Shown piece after piece: positions 26,085-45,613 of a stretch of DNA of 64,000 nt. A program made the position numbers and the translations under genes. Under the pieces are notes generated by a model, which saw only the letters and a program-made list of their open reading frames with translations, had not been told where the DNA came from and searched no databases. Numbering within the stretch: the stretch's first letter is position 1; every line of letters begins with the position of its first letter. This DNA comes from Williopsis jadinii (lineage: Eukaryota): positions 2,170,001 to 2,234,000 of the forward strand of contig AP024664.1 of assembly GCA_024346625.1 (NCBI GenBank), written 5' to 3'.

Positions 26085-27179
26085 TATCTGGTTGATCCTG
26101 CCAGTAGTCATATGCTTGTCTCAAAGATTAAGCCATGCATGTCTAAGTATAAGCAATTTATACAGTGAAACTGCGAATGGCTCATTAAATCAGTTATAGT
26201 TTATTTGATAGTACCTTACTACTTGGATAACCGTGGTAATTCTAGAGCTAATACATGCTAAAAACCCCGACTGCTTGGGAGGGGTGTATTTATTAGATAA
26301 AAAATCAATGCCCTCGGGCTCTTTGATGATTCATAATAACTTGTCGAATCGCATGGCTTTACGCCGGCGATGGTTCATTCAAATTTCTGCCCTATCAACT
26401 GTCGATGGTAGGATAGTGGCCTACCATGGTGGCAACGGGTAACGGGGAATAAGGGTTCGATTCCGGAGAGGGAGCCTGAGAAACGGCTACCACATCCAAG
26501 GAAGGCAGCAGGCGCGCAAATTACCCAATCCTAATTCAGGGAGGTAGTGACAATAAATAACGATACAGGGCCCTTCTGGGTCTTGTAATTGGAATGAGTA
26601 CAATGTAAATACCTTAACGAGGAACAATTGGAGGGCAAGTCTGGTGCCAGCAGCCGCGGTAATTCCAGCTCCAATAGCGTATATTAAAGTTGTTGCAGTT
26701 AAAAAGCTCGTAGTTGAACTTTGGGCCTGGCAGGCCGGTCCGCTTTTTGGCGAGTACTGACCCTGCCGGGCCTTTCCTTCTGGCTCCCCTCCCCTCTGGA
26801 GAGGCGAACCAGGACTTTTACTTTGAAAAAATTAGAGTGTTCAAAGCAGGCCTTTGCTCGAATATATTAGCATGGAATAATAGAATAGGACGTTTGGTTC
26901 TATTTTGTTGGTTTCTAGGACCATCGTAATGATTAATAGGGACGGTCGGGGGCATCAGTATTCAGTTGTCAGAGGTGAAATTCTTGGATTTACTGAAGAC
27001 TAACTACTGCGAAAGCATTTGCCAAGGACGTTTTCATTAATCAAGAACGAAAGTTAGGGGATCGAAGATGATCAGATACCGTCGTAGTCTTAACCATACA
27101 CTATGCCGACTAGGGATCGGGTGTTGTTTTTATAATGACTCACTCGGCACCTTACGAGAAATCAAAGTCTTTGGGTTCT

Positions 27180-27248
<69 letters not shown>

Positions 27249-27687
27249 GCGGCTTAATTTGACTCAACACGGGGAAACTCACCAGGTCCAGACACAATAA
27301 GGATTGACAGATTGAGAGCTCTTTCTTGATTTTGTGGGTGGTGGTGCATGGCCGTTCTTAGTTGGTGGAGTGATTTGTCTGCTTAATTGCGATAACGAAC
27401 GAGACCTTAACCTACTAAATAGCGCGACTAGCTTTTGCTGGTGCTGACGCTTCTTAGAGGGACTATCGATTTCAAGTCGATGGAAGTTTGAGGCAATAAC
27501 AGGTCTGTGATGCCCTTAGACGTTCTGGGCCGCACGCGCGCTACACTGACGGAGCCAGCGAGTCTAGCCTTGGCCGAGAGGTCATGGGTAATCTTGTGAA
27601 ACTCCGTCGTGCTGGGGATAGAGCATTGCAATTATTGCTCTTCAACGAGGAATTCCTAGTAAGCGCAAGTCATCAGCTTGCGTTGAT

Positions 27688-27733
<46 letters not shown>

Positions 27734-27817
27734 AATGGCTTAGTGAGGCTTCAGGATTGGCTTATGGCGGGAGGCGACTCCTGCCTGGAGCCGAGAATCT
27801 AGTCAAACTTGGTCATT

Positions 27818-27875
<58 letters not shown>
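26085..27875 (+). rRNA. 18S: 18S rRNA
   Basis: Full-length copy, 1791 nt. Confidence 0.99.
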
Positions 27876-28015
27876 GAGAACCTGGGCCTGCGCTTCTAGC
27901 GCGGCTCCAACCAATACACAGTGTATTTTGCTTCTTTTGCTTTGGCTCTGCCAAAGGTTTTAAACACAGAAATTTATTTTCTCTAGAAACTAGTCAATTT
28001 GAATTTTAATCTTCA

Positions 28016-28173
28016 AAACTTTCAACAACGGATCTCTTGGTTCTCGCAACGATGAAGAACGCAGCGAAATGCGATACGTAATGTGAATTGCAGGTTTTCG
28101 TGAATCATCGAATCTTTGAACGCATATTGCGCTCTCTGGCATTCCAGAGAGCATGCCTGTTTGAGCGTCATTT
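28016..28173 (+). rRNA. 5.8S: 5.8S rRNA
   Basis: Same as 13859-14016. Confidence 0.98.
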
Positions 28174-28349
28174 CTCTCTCAAGATCCTCTAGGGGACTTG
28201 GTATTGAGTGATACTCTGTGTTAACTTGAAATACTCTAGGCAGAGCTCCCCCTAGAAATCCTCTGGGCCGAAATAATGTATTAGGTTCTACCAACTCGTT
28301 ATTTTCCAGACAGACTTCCAGGCAGAGCTCGGCTGAACAACCTTTCTAA

Positions 28350-31735
<3,386 letters not shown>

Positions 31736-32064
31736 TGTTTCGGCAACTCTATTTTTTGCTGGCGGGTGCCAGCTGGGGATAGAGTGTCACACAGTTGCCG
31801 TAGGCGACTGTGTATTTGTTTTGGTGACGGTAGGGTAATCTTTGGTGTGAGTGGTGTAGTTTTTGCTTTTTTGTCACGGGGTGTGTGGGTGTTGTGATGA
31901 AGATGGTCTCTGAGGTTTTATGACGGTAGGGTAACAGTTGGTGTGAGTGGTTGAATTTTTTTTAATTTTTCACCAGAGCTCCCAGGAGGAATTTTTGTTT
32001 TTCGTGAGGGGAGGGGGTTTCCACCGGCTAGGCTGGGCTGGGCTTCCAGGCTGGGCTTAAAAAA

Positions 32065-32277
32065 GTTAGGCGGGTGGTCAGCCTAAAAAGCTAGGCGGGT
32101 GGGATAAGCCTAGAAAGCTAGGCGGGTGGTCAGCCTAAAAAGCTAGGCGGGTGGGATAAGCCTAGAAAGCTAGGCGGGTGGTCAGCCTAAAATGCTAGGC
32201 GGGTGGTCAGCCTAAAATGCTAGGCGGGTGGTCAGCCTAAAATGCTAGGCGGGATGGGCTTAAAATGTTAGGCGGGT
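32065..32277. repeat. IGS1 25/27-bp repeats, 9 cores
   Basis: One extra 25-bp monomer relative to the other complete units. Confidence 0.93.
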
Positions 32278-32871
32278 CCACACTGGGGCACCACAGACAC
32301 CAAGTCCAAACACTTAGGAAAGACACCCAGACCAGACCAAGACCAACCTATGGCTACACCAACAGATTCCCACAACGACAACCACGGGAAATGGGAATGT
32401 GGCCCCAAAGTGGGATTTTACCAAAACCGTTAGTATGGGGATCCCCCAGGCAGTGGGAATTTCCGGTTACGAGCGCTGGCGAGGATTTTCTAATTTTGCG
32501 AGAAGTGCGACCATCCCTCCGCGCCTGCGCCGCTGCGGGATGGTCATAATGATTTAAAAAAACTAGGGGTATCCGGTTCCGCCCCCGTATATAGGTATAT
32601 ATATGTGTGTAGATGGGTGGGTGGTGGTGGTGGTTGACGGGGGGGGAGGGGGGTTTATATAGTTTTGGGTGGTGTTGGGTGGTCACGTGGGTCACGTGAG
32701 TGGTGTGCGGGTGGTGTGTGTGGTGTAAGGGTGTGCAGTCACCGGGCGGGTCACGTGGATGGTGTTAGGGCTGGTGTAGGCCACGGCCACCAGCCGGGTA
32801 GACTACCCCTTTTGGGACACCGGGTAGACTGCCCCTTTTGGGAAGCCGGTTACCCAACTTGGGTAAAAAAA

Positions 32872-32992
32872 AGATTGCAGCACCTGAGTTTCGCGTATGG
32901 TCACCCACTACACTACTCGATCAGGCTCTTAGCAGCTTAACTACAGTTGATCGGACGGGAAACGGTGCTTTCTGCTAGATATGGCCGCAACC
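32872..32992 (-). rRNA. 5S: 5S rRNA
   Basis: 121-nt copy. Confidence 0.98.
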
Positions 32993-33205
32993 GAAATGGA
33001 AGCGCGCGGGGGAGGTTACACTGCTTACACTGCTTACACCGCTTACTAAGCAGCTTACTAAGAAACGCTTACTAAGACACCGCTTACTAAGCACTGTGTA
33101 GATGTAGCAGGTGGGTGTAGGGGTAAGGTCCAGCGGGCCCAGGGCATCCAGGGGGCTGTCTATAGCGGGAGCTATAGGGCGCGTCGTACGTGGACGTGTA
33201 GCAGG

Positions 33206-35245
33206 TGTGTAGTGAGTGTCCATTGGGGGCCTGGGTGTCCAGCGGGCGGTCATTTGGTGATGATTCAGGAGTGAACCAGCGGTGAGTTGATGTCCACGGG
33301 TGGCCAGCGGGCCTCCAGGGGACCTCCAGGGGGCCTCTAGGGGATGGATCGTGGTCTCTAAGGGGGGTCTAGCATGTTTACAGTACATAGATGTGTGGAA
33401 GATGTCCATTGGGTGTCTGATTGTTTACTCGGGGTCCATTTGGTGTTGATTCAGGGGTGAGTTGATGTCCATGGATGTCCAGGGATGTCCACGGGATGTC
33501 CAGCGGGCGTCCATAGGCCTCTAGGGGCGTCCGGTGGCTATATCGTGGGCTCCAGGGTCTGTCCAGGGTATTCCCAGCATGTAGTTGTGTAGAAGATGTC
33601 CATTGGGTGTCTGATTGTTTACTCCGTGTCCACTTGGTGATGATTCAGCGGCAGCGAGCGTTGAGGGGGCCTCTAGGGGCCTCCAACGGGGGCCTGGTGG
33701 ATGGATCGTGGTCTCCAGTGTGTTCCCAGCTTGTAGATGTCCATTGCATGTCCAATAAGTGTTTGGTTGTTGACCCGCTGTCCATTTGGTGTTGATTCAG
33801 GGGCGAGATGATGTTCACGGGGCATCCACAGACCTCTAGCAAGAGCCTGGTGGATGTATCGTGGTCTCCAGCGTCTGTCCAGGGTATTCCCAGTGTGTAG
33901 ATGTCCATTGAGTGTCCATTGGTGGCCTTGTTGTTTACACGGTGTCCACTTGATGATGATTCAGCGGCAAGCGAACGGTGATGGAGCGTCCAACAAGCCT
34001 CTAGGGACCTCCAGCGGGAGCCTAGTCGATGCCTAGACATCCTTAGGTGGTCTCCAGCATCTTCCCTGTTTGTAGTTGTCCATTGAATGTCCATTGGTGG
34101 CCTTGTTGTTGACACGGTGTCCACTTGGTGTTGATTCAGCGGCAAGCGAACGTCGACGAGGTGGCCACCAGGCATCCACAGACCTCTAGCAAGAGCCTGG
34201 TGGGTGGATTGTGGTCGCCAGGGTTGGTCTAGAGTATTTCCAGTGTGTTGATGTCCATTGAATGTCCAATAGATGGCTTGTTGTTTACCCGCCGCCCACT
34301 TGATGATGTTTCAGCGGCGAGTTGATGTCCACAGGATGTCCACCAGGCATCCACAGACCTCTAGCGATAGCCTGGTGGATGTATCGTGGTCTCTAGCGTC
34401 TGTTTGGCATGTGTCCAGCATGTAGTTGTCCAATTGGTGTCCATCGGTGGCCTTGTTGTTTACACCGTGTCCACTTGATGATGTTTCAGCAGTGAGTTGA
34501 TGTCCACAGGATGTCCACGGGGCAACCATAAGCCTCTAGCGAACGTCTAGTCGATGTATCGTGGTCTCCAGTGTCTGTTTGGCATGTGTCCAGTGTGTAG
34601 GTATCCGTTGAATGTCCATTGGTGGCCTGATTGTTTACCCGCTGTCCATTTGGTGTTGATTCAGCGGCGAGAAAACGTCGACGGCGTTGCCACCAGGCAT
34701 CCGCAGGCCTCTATCAAGAGCCTGGTGGATGTATCGTGGCCTCTAGGGATGGTCTAGCGTATTCCCAGTGTGTAGATTTCCATTGAATGTCCATTGGTCG
34801 CCTCTTTGTTTACCCCCGCCCGCTTGATGATGTTTCAGCGGCGTGTTGATGTCCACAGGATGTTCACGGGGCAAACATAAGCCTCTAGCGAGAGCCTGGT
34901 GGGTGGAGCGTGGTCTCCAGTGTCTGTTTGGCACGTGTCCAGCATGTAGATGTGTGGAAGATGTCCATTGGTGGCCTCGTTGTTTACACGGTGTCCACTT
35001 GATGTTGTTTCAGCGGCGAGAAAACGTCGACGGGGCCTCCACGCGGCAAACATAAGCCTCTAGCGATAGCCTGGTGGATGTATCGTGGCCTCTAGGTTCT
35101 GTCCAGCATGTTTCCAATACATAGATGTGTAGAAGATGTCCAACCAGCGCCCCTTTGTTTACCCTCTACCCCCTTGATGTTCATTCAGGGAAAAGTTTTT
35201 TTTTCGCAAATTCAGCGGCGAGAAAACGCCCACGCGGTGGCCACC
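33206..35245. repeat. IGS2 175-bp satellite, array C (7 regular monomers)
   Basis: Anchors 33961 to 35185 span 1224 bp = 7 x 175 - 1. Confidence 0.95.
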
Positions 35246-36606
35246 GGTTCAGGCATTAGCTCCGATCCAGGTAAAGTGGCCCCGCCAGCTTGGTGTCCAG
35301 CAGTAAATTGGCGCAATTCGGGATCAACCACCCCCATGTGGGGCCCGGAGTTTGACACATCCTCTAATATCCGCAACACTTAAATGCTTCCAGAACTCCA
35401 CACACACATCCTACCACAACCAAAATCACTGTTCCACGCTCACAAAATTCACGCCTTTCCAATGAGACCAAAATACCCTGGTATTTCCACCATTTGGGTT
35501 TTTCATTCCATTATTTTACTGTTAACATCTACCCAAATTTTATAATCCGAAAAAGACTCACCTATTCTCGGAGATATCCTAAATTAATATATACTATATA
35601 ATCCCATAACTCGGGAACTAGCAGAGCTTTCGAGCTATAAACACCACTACTGGATAGCTACGCTCCAGAGGTTACCTATGGGTTTAAGTTGTTTCCCGGT
35701 TTATGGGTGCCCATCTCCCTGGAAAGCAAAACATGGTTTTTAGAGGGCAACCTGCATTTTCTCGGCGAACCCCGGTTTGTTCCAACTTTATCAAAAGTGG
35801 GTCTTTCATGGCCAAACTTGGGTCATATATTCACCTTCAGGAGTAGTACCTATGGTCCAACAGCCATGGATGGGTGCACTTTGCCCATTGTTCAGGAGGT
35901 ATAAGTACAAAATTACATGCATAAATGTTGATTTTTGGGTGCCGCCGAGCAACCGGAATTAACCAGAGATGATGCAAGATGATAGTACTGTGTCAGTTAC
36001 ACCACCTTGGCTTATTAGATCGGTCAAATTCATCGCGCGTGGTGGTGCAATTTGCGTTTAAAGGGTGTATAAAATGGCTTTTTGGTGTAAGGATGTTTGG
36101 GTGTTTGGATGAAATGTTTGGATGTTTTGGCAGGGTGGTGGGGGCAGGTGGGGGGCATATAATTGGATATTTTGGGATGGGGGCGATATGTTTGGGGAGT
36201 TTTTGGTATGGATCGGGAGGTTGGAGCGTGGTTTGAACCATTGGGCTTGTTGTGGTGTTTATGGCGTTTGTGCTGGGAGTGCGCTGGCTGTTACAAGTGT
36301 TGGGGTGGTCGGATCTGGCTTTCCGGGGTGTTGCCCGTTCCCGAAAAACAAAGTGGGGGCTTAACTATGGGCGCTTAACTATGGGCGCTTAACTATGGGC
36401 GCTTAACTATGGGAGATTCACTATGAGACTTAACTATGGGATCTCTACTATGGGAGCTTCACTATAGGTGGTTAACTATGGGAGTTCCACTATAGGTGGT
36501 TAACTACGGGGATGGTAGGTGGTGTTGCCCGTTCCCGAAAAACAAACTGGGAGTTAACTATGGGCGTTAACTATGGGGTTCCACTATGAAGGTCTTTAAT
36601 TTTTCC

Positions 36607-37140
36607 TGAAGTTATTCGCATCCATGAAAATCTATACTTTCAAGGGGTATTTAATTTTTGTTGATGTAGTGCGCGGCCCAAAAAATCTATAGAGGTTAAA
36701 CTTTGGTGAAGTTATTCGCATCCATGAAAATCTATACTTCCAAGGGGTATTTAATTTTTGTTGATGTAGTGCGCGGCCCAAAAAATCTGTAGAGGTTAAA
36801 TTTTGGTGAAGTTACTCGCTTCCATGAAAATCTATACTTTCAAGGGGTATTTAATTTTTGTTGATGTAGTGCGCGGCCCAAAAAATCCATAGAGGTTAAA
36901 TTTTGGTGAAGTTACTCGCTTCCATAAAAATCTATACTTCCAAGGGGTATTTAATTTTTGTTGATGTAGTGCGCGGCCCAAAAAAAATCTATAGAGGTTA
37001 AATTTTGGTGAAGTTACTCGCTTCCATAAAAATCTATACTTCCAAGGGGTATTTAATTTTTGTTGATGTAGTGCGCGGCCCAAAAAAAATCTATAGAGGT
37101 TAAATTTTGGTGATGTTATTCGCATCCATAAAAATCTATA
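36607..37140. repeat. IGS2 100-bp tandem repeat x5
   Basis: Same block as 2201-2734. Confidence 0.95.
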
Positions 37141-37775
37141 GGGATTCCATATGGGAGTTCCATGGGGGTTCCATGGAAATCTTCAATTTTAGTGATGTGG
37201 CGCGCGATCTTGAAAATCTAACTACAAGACTTGGTCTATATGGACTGTCTACAATAGATGTTTCCAGTAGATGCCCACCTTTTTGGTTGGGTTGCGCCCT
37301 GTTGAAAAATTCATTTGTAGGTGTTGATGTATAAAGTGTAAGAAGAACAAACCTCTCTAACAATCGACGAGAGGGTGGACTGAAAACCAAATCCATCGAC
37401 GGTTGCCCTAAAATGAAAAATTTTTCACTGTTGCTCACACCGGAAAATTTTTTCCATGTTTGCGTCGCTTTTTTGTTGTGCTGCACGGACCGGAAAAATT
37501 TTTCATCTTTGCGTCCCTTTTTTGTTGTGCTGCACGGACCGAAAAATCTCACTTCCGGAACACTCTGAAACCGAATCTCAATTTCGGGACGGCCAACAAC
37601 AAAATATGTGGCCTGTCCCAAAAACGCGTGGCCGAAATCTTGAAAATCCAAAATGTATGAGGCGAACCCAAAACATTGACGCAGGGTATATGCAGGCGGT
37701 AGACGGCGTTGGTATAGCTCTGAGACTACAGACGATTGAAGAATTCAAAATCCAGAAAACACAAGTCCACACCTG

Positions 37776-37826
37776 ATCAGTCTTCCAAAGATGAAAGAGG
37801 CTCGGAGGTACTACATGTGGGAGCGT
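37776..37826 (+). promoter_or_regulatory. Pol I core promoter, predicted start 37815
   Basis: Same motif and spacing to 18S. Confidence 0.8.
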
Positions 37827-38517
37827 TTGGACGATTTGAAAAAGTCGTCTGGAGTGGCCCACAGGCCTTGTTGGACGGTGGTGAAGGTGCTAGTGTGGTC
37901 GCCAGACTGTGCTTGCCTTGTACACCGTGTCGACATGGGCGGGGATGGGTTCGTTGGGCATTCGGTAAGTGAAGGGAGACTCTCCTTCCATCAACAACAC
38001 CTTCTTTGCCCGTTCTGGGTTTAGGGAGAGACCATAGGGGGGGATCCTTTTTCTTTTGATGTTTTTCGGCCTACGCCTGAGCAGTCCCGTCTGGGAGTTC
38101 TTCCACGGGCGGGCACTGAGGGATTTAGTGGACTACTAGCCTATGGCAAGTGTTGTAACTAGAATCCTGGGGGCATACCTGCCTGGATAACCGTAGCGAT
38201 ACGTGAGTCCAGGCGGCGTGACCTCCTCTCAAGCCAGTGATGCTAAACCCGGGACGCATGAAACACGGCACTGGAGTTTAGCGGAGCCTGTGCTAGAGGA
38301 AATTTAAAGAGGGCTATATGGATGTGTTCTGTTCCCTGCCTGGGTTCTCCAGGCTGGGGGCAAGCACCAGTAGTTCTAACGAACTACTGCTTTACCACAT
38401 AATATCTTCAGGGAGAACTTCTCCCGCTGGAAACGGGGGCGGACCCGGCTCTAGGCAGCGTAGGCACACCGGCCTAGTCAGCTCCGCCTAGACGACACCC
38501 CCTAACCAAAGGATAGT

Positions 38518-39612
38518 TATCTGGTTGATCCTGCCAGTAGTCATATGCTTGTCTCAAAGATTAAGCCATGCATGTCTAAGTATAAGCAATTTATACAGTG
38601 AAACTGCGAATGGCTCATTAAATCAGTTATAGTTTATTTGATAGTACCTTACTACTTGGATAACCGTGGTAATTCTAGAGCTAATACATGCTAAAAACCC
38701 CGACTGCTTGGGAGGGGTGTATTTATTAGATAAAAAATCAATGCCCTCGGGCTCTTTGATGATTCATAATAACTTGTCGAATCGCATGGCTTTACGCCGG
38801 CGATGGTTCATTCAAATTTCTGCCCTATCAACTGTCGATGGTAGGATAGTGGCCTACCATGGTGGCAACGGGTAACGGGGAATAAGGGTTCGATTCCGGA
38901 GAGGGAGCCTGAGAAACGGCTACCACATCCAAGGAAGGCAGCAGGCGCGCAAATTACCCAATCCTAATTCAGGGAGGTAGTGACAATAAATAACGATACA
39001 GGGCCCTTCTGGGTCTTGTAATTGGAATGAGTACAATGTAAATACCTTAACGAGGAACAATTGGAGGGCAAGTCTGGTGCCAGCAGCCGCGGTAATTCCA
39101 GCTCCAATAGCGTATATTAAAGTTGTTGCAGTTAAAAAGCTCGTAGTTGAACTTTGGGCCTGGCAGGCCGGTCCGCTTTTTGGCGAGTACTGACCCTGCC
39201 GGGCCTTTCCTTCTGGCTACCCTCCCCTCTGGAGAGGCGAACCAGGACTTTTACTTTGAAAAAATTAGAGTGTTCAAAGCAGGCCTTTGCTCGAATATAT
39301 TAGCATGGAATAATAGAATAGGACGTTTGGTTCTATTTTGTTGGTTTCTAGGACCATCGTAATGATTAATAGGGACGGTCGGGGGCATCAGTATTCAGTT
39401 GTCAGAGGTGAAATTCTTGGATTTACTGAAGACTAACTACTGCGAAAGCATTTGCCAAGGACGTTTTCATTAATCAAGAACGAAAGTTAGGGGATCGAAG
39501 ATGATCAGATACCGTCGTAGTCTTAACCATAAACTATGCCGACTAGGGATCGGGTGTTGTTTTTATAATGACTCACTCGGCACCTTACGAGAAATCAAAG
39601 TCTTTGGGTTCT

Positions 39613-39681
<69 letters not shown>

Positions 39682-40120
39682 GCGGCTTAATTTGACTCAA
39701 CACGGGGAAACTCACCAGGTCCAGACACAATAAGGATTGACAGATTGAGAGCTCTTTCTTGATTTTGTGGGTGGTGGTGCATGGCCGTTCTTAGTTGGTG
39801 GAGTGATTTGTCTGCTTAATTGCGATAACGAACGAGACCTTAACCTACTAAATAGCGCGACTAGCTTTTGCTGGTGCTGACGCTTCTTAGAGGGACTATC
39901 GATTTCAAGTCGATGGAAGTTTGAGGCAATAACAGGTCTGTGATGCCCTTAGACGTTCTGGGCCGCACGCGCGCTACACTGACGGAGCCAGCGAGTCTAG
40001 CCTTGGCCGAGAGGTCATGGGTAATCTTGTGAAACTCCGTCGTGCTGGGGATAGAGCATTGCAATTATTGCTCTTCAACGAGGAATTCCTAGTAAGCGCA
40101 AGTCATCAGCTTGCGTTGAT

Positions 40121-40166
<46 letters not shown>

Positions 40167-40250
40167 AATGGCTTAGTGAGGCTTCAGGATTGGCTTATGG
40201 CGGGAGGCGACTCCTGCCTGGAGCCGAGAATCTAGTCAAACTTGGTCATT

Positions 40251-40308
<58 letters not shown>
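38518..40308 (+). rRNA. 18S: 18S rRNA
   Basis: Full-length copy. Confidence 0.99.
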
Positions 40309-40448
40309 GAGAACCTGGGCCTGCGCTTCTAGCGCGGCTCCAACCAATACACAGTGTATTTTGCTTCTTTTGCTTTGGCTCTGCCAAAGGTTTTAAACAC
40401 AGAAATTTATTTTCTCTAGAAACTAGTCAATTTGAATTTTAATCTTCA

Positions 40449-40606
40449 AAACTTTCAACAACGGATCTCTTGGTTCTCGCAACGATGAAGAACGCAGCGA
40501 AATGCGATACGTAATGTGAATTGCAGGTTTTCGTGAATCATCGAATCTTTGAACGCATATTGCGCTCTCTGGCATTCCAGAGAGCATGCCTGTTTGAGCG
40601 TCATTT
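40449..40606 (+). rRNA. 5.8S: 5.8S rRNA
   Basis: 158-nt copy. Confidence 0.98.
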
Positions 40607-40782
40607 CTCTCTCAAGATCCTCTAGGGGACTTGGTATTGAGTGATACTCTGTGTTAACTTGAAATACTCTAGGCAGAGCTCCCCCTAGAAATCCTCTGGG
40701 CCGAAATAATGTATTAGGTTCTACCAACTCGTTATTTTCCAGACAGACTTCCAGGCAGAGCTCGGCTGAACAACCTTTCTAA

Positions 40783-44168
<3,386 letters not shown>

Positions 44169-44497
44169 TGTTTCGGCAACTCTATTTTTTGCTGGCGGGT
44201 GCCAGCTGGGGATAGAGTGTCACACAGTTGCCGTAGGCGACTGTGTATTTGTTTTGGTGACGGTAGGGTAATCTTTGGTGTGAGTGGTGTAGTTTTTGCT
44301 TTTTTGTCACGGGGTGTGTGGGTGTTGTGATGAAGATGGTCTCTGAGGTTTTATGACGGTAGGGTAACAGTTGGTGTGAGTGGTTGAATTTTTTTTAATT
44401 TTTCACCAGAGCTCCCAGGAGGAATTTTTGTTTTTCGTGAGGGGAGGGGGTTTCCACCGGCTAGGCTGGGCTGGGCTTCCAGGCTGGGCTTAAAAAA

Positions 44498-44685
44498 GTT
44501 AGGCGGGTGGTCAGCCTAAAAAGCTAGGCGGGTGGGATAAGCCTAGAAAGCTAGGCGGGTGGTCAGCCTAAAAAGCTAGGCGGGTGGGATAAGCCTAGAA
44601 AGCTAAGCGGGTGGTCAGCCTAAAATGCTAGGCGGGTGGTCAGCCTAAAATGCTAGGCGGGATGGGCTTAAAATGTTAGGCGGGT
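44498..44685. repeat. IGS1 25/27-bp repeats, 8 cores
   Basis: Same block as 17907-18094. Confidence 0.93.
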
Positions 44686-45279
44686 CCACACTGGGGCACC
44701 ACAGACACCAAGTCCAAACACTTAGGAAAGACACCCAGACCAGACCAAGACCAACCTATGGCTACACCAACAGATTCCCACAACGACAACCACGGGAAAT
44801 GGGAATGTGGCCCCAAAGTGGGATTTTACCAAAACCGTTAGTATGGGGATCCCCCAGGCAGTGGGAATTTCCGGTTACGAGCGCTGGCGAGGATTTTCTA
44901 ATTTTGCGAGAAGTGCGACCATCCCTCCGCGCCTGCGCCGCTGCGGGATGGTCATAATGATTTAAAAAAACTAGGGGTATCCGGTTCCGCCCCCGTATAT
45001 AGGTATATATATGTGTGTAGATGGGTGGGTGGTGGTGGTGGTTGACGGGGGGGGAGGGGGGTTTATATAGTTTTGGGTGGTGTTGGGTGGTCACGTGGGT
45101 CACGTGAGTGGTGGGCGGGTGGTGTGTGTGGTGTAAGGGTGTGCAGTCACCGGGCGGGTCACGTGGATGGTGTTAGGGCTGGTGTAGGCCACGGCCACCA
45201 GCCGGGTAGACTACCCCTTTTGGGACACCGGGTAGACTGCCCCTTTTGGGAAGCCGGTTACCCAACTTGGGTAAAAAAA

Positions 45280-45400
45280 AGATTGCAGCACCTGAGTTTC
45301 GCGTATGGTCACCCACTACACTACTCGATCAGGCTCTTAGCAGCTTAACTACAGTTGATCGGACGGGAAACGGTGCTTTCTGCTAGATATGGCCGCAACC
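45280..45400 (-). rRNA. 5S: 5S rRNA
   Basis: 121-nt copy. Confidence 0.98.
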
Positions 45401-45613
45401 GAAATGGAAGCGCGCGGGGGAGGTTACACTGCTTACACTGCTTACACCGCTTACTAAGCAGCTTACTAAGAACCGCTTACTAAGACACCGCTTACTAAGC
45501 ACTGTGTAGATGTAGCAGGTGGGTGTAGGGGTAAGGTCCAGCGGGCCCAGGGCATCCAGGGGGCTGTCTATAGCGGGAGCTATAGGGCGCGTCGTACGTG
45601 GACGTGTAGCAGG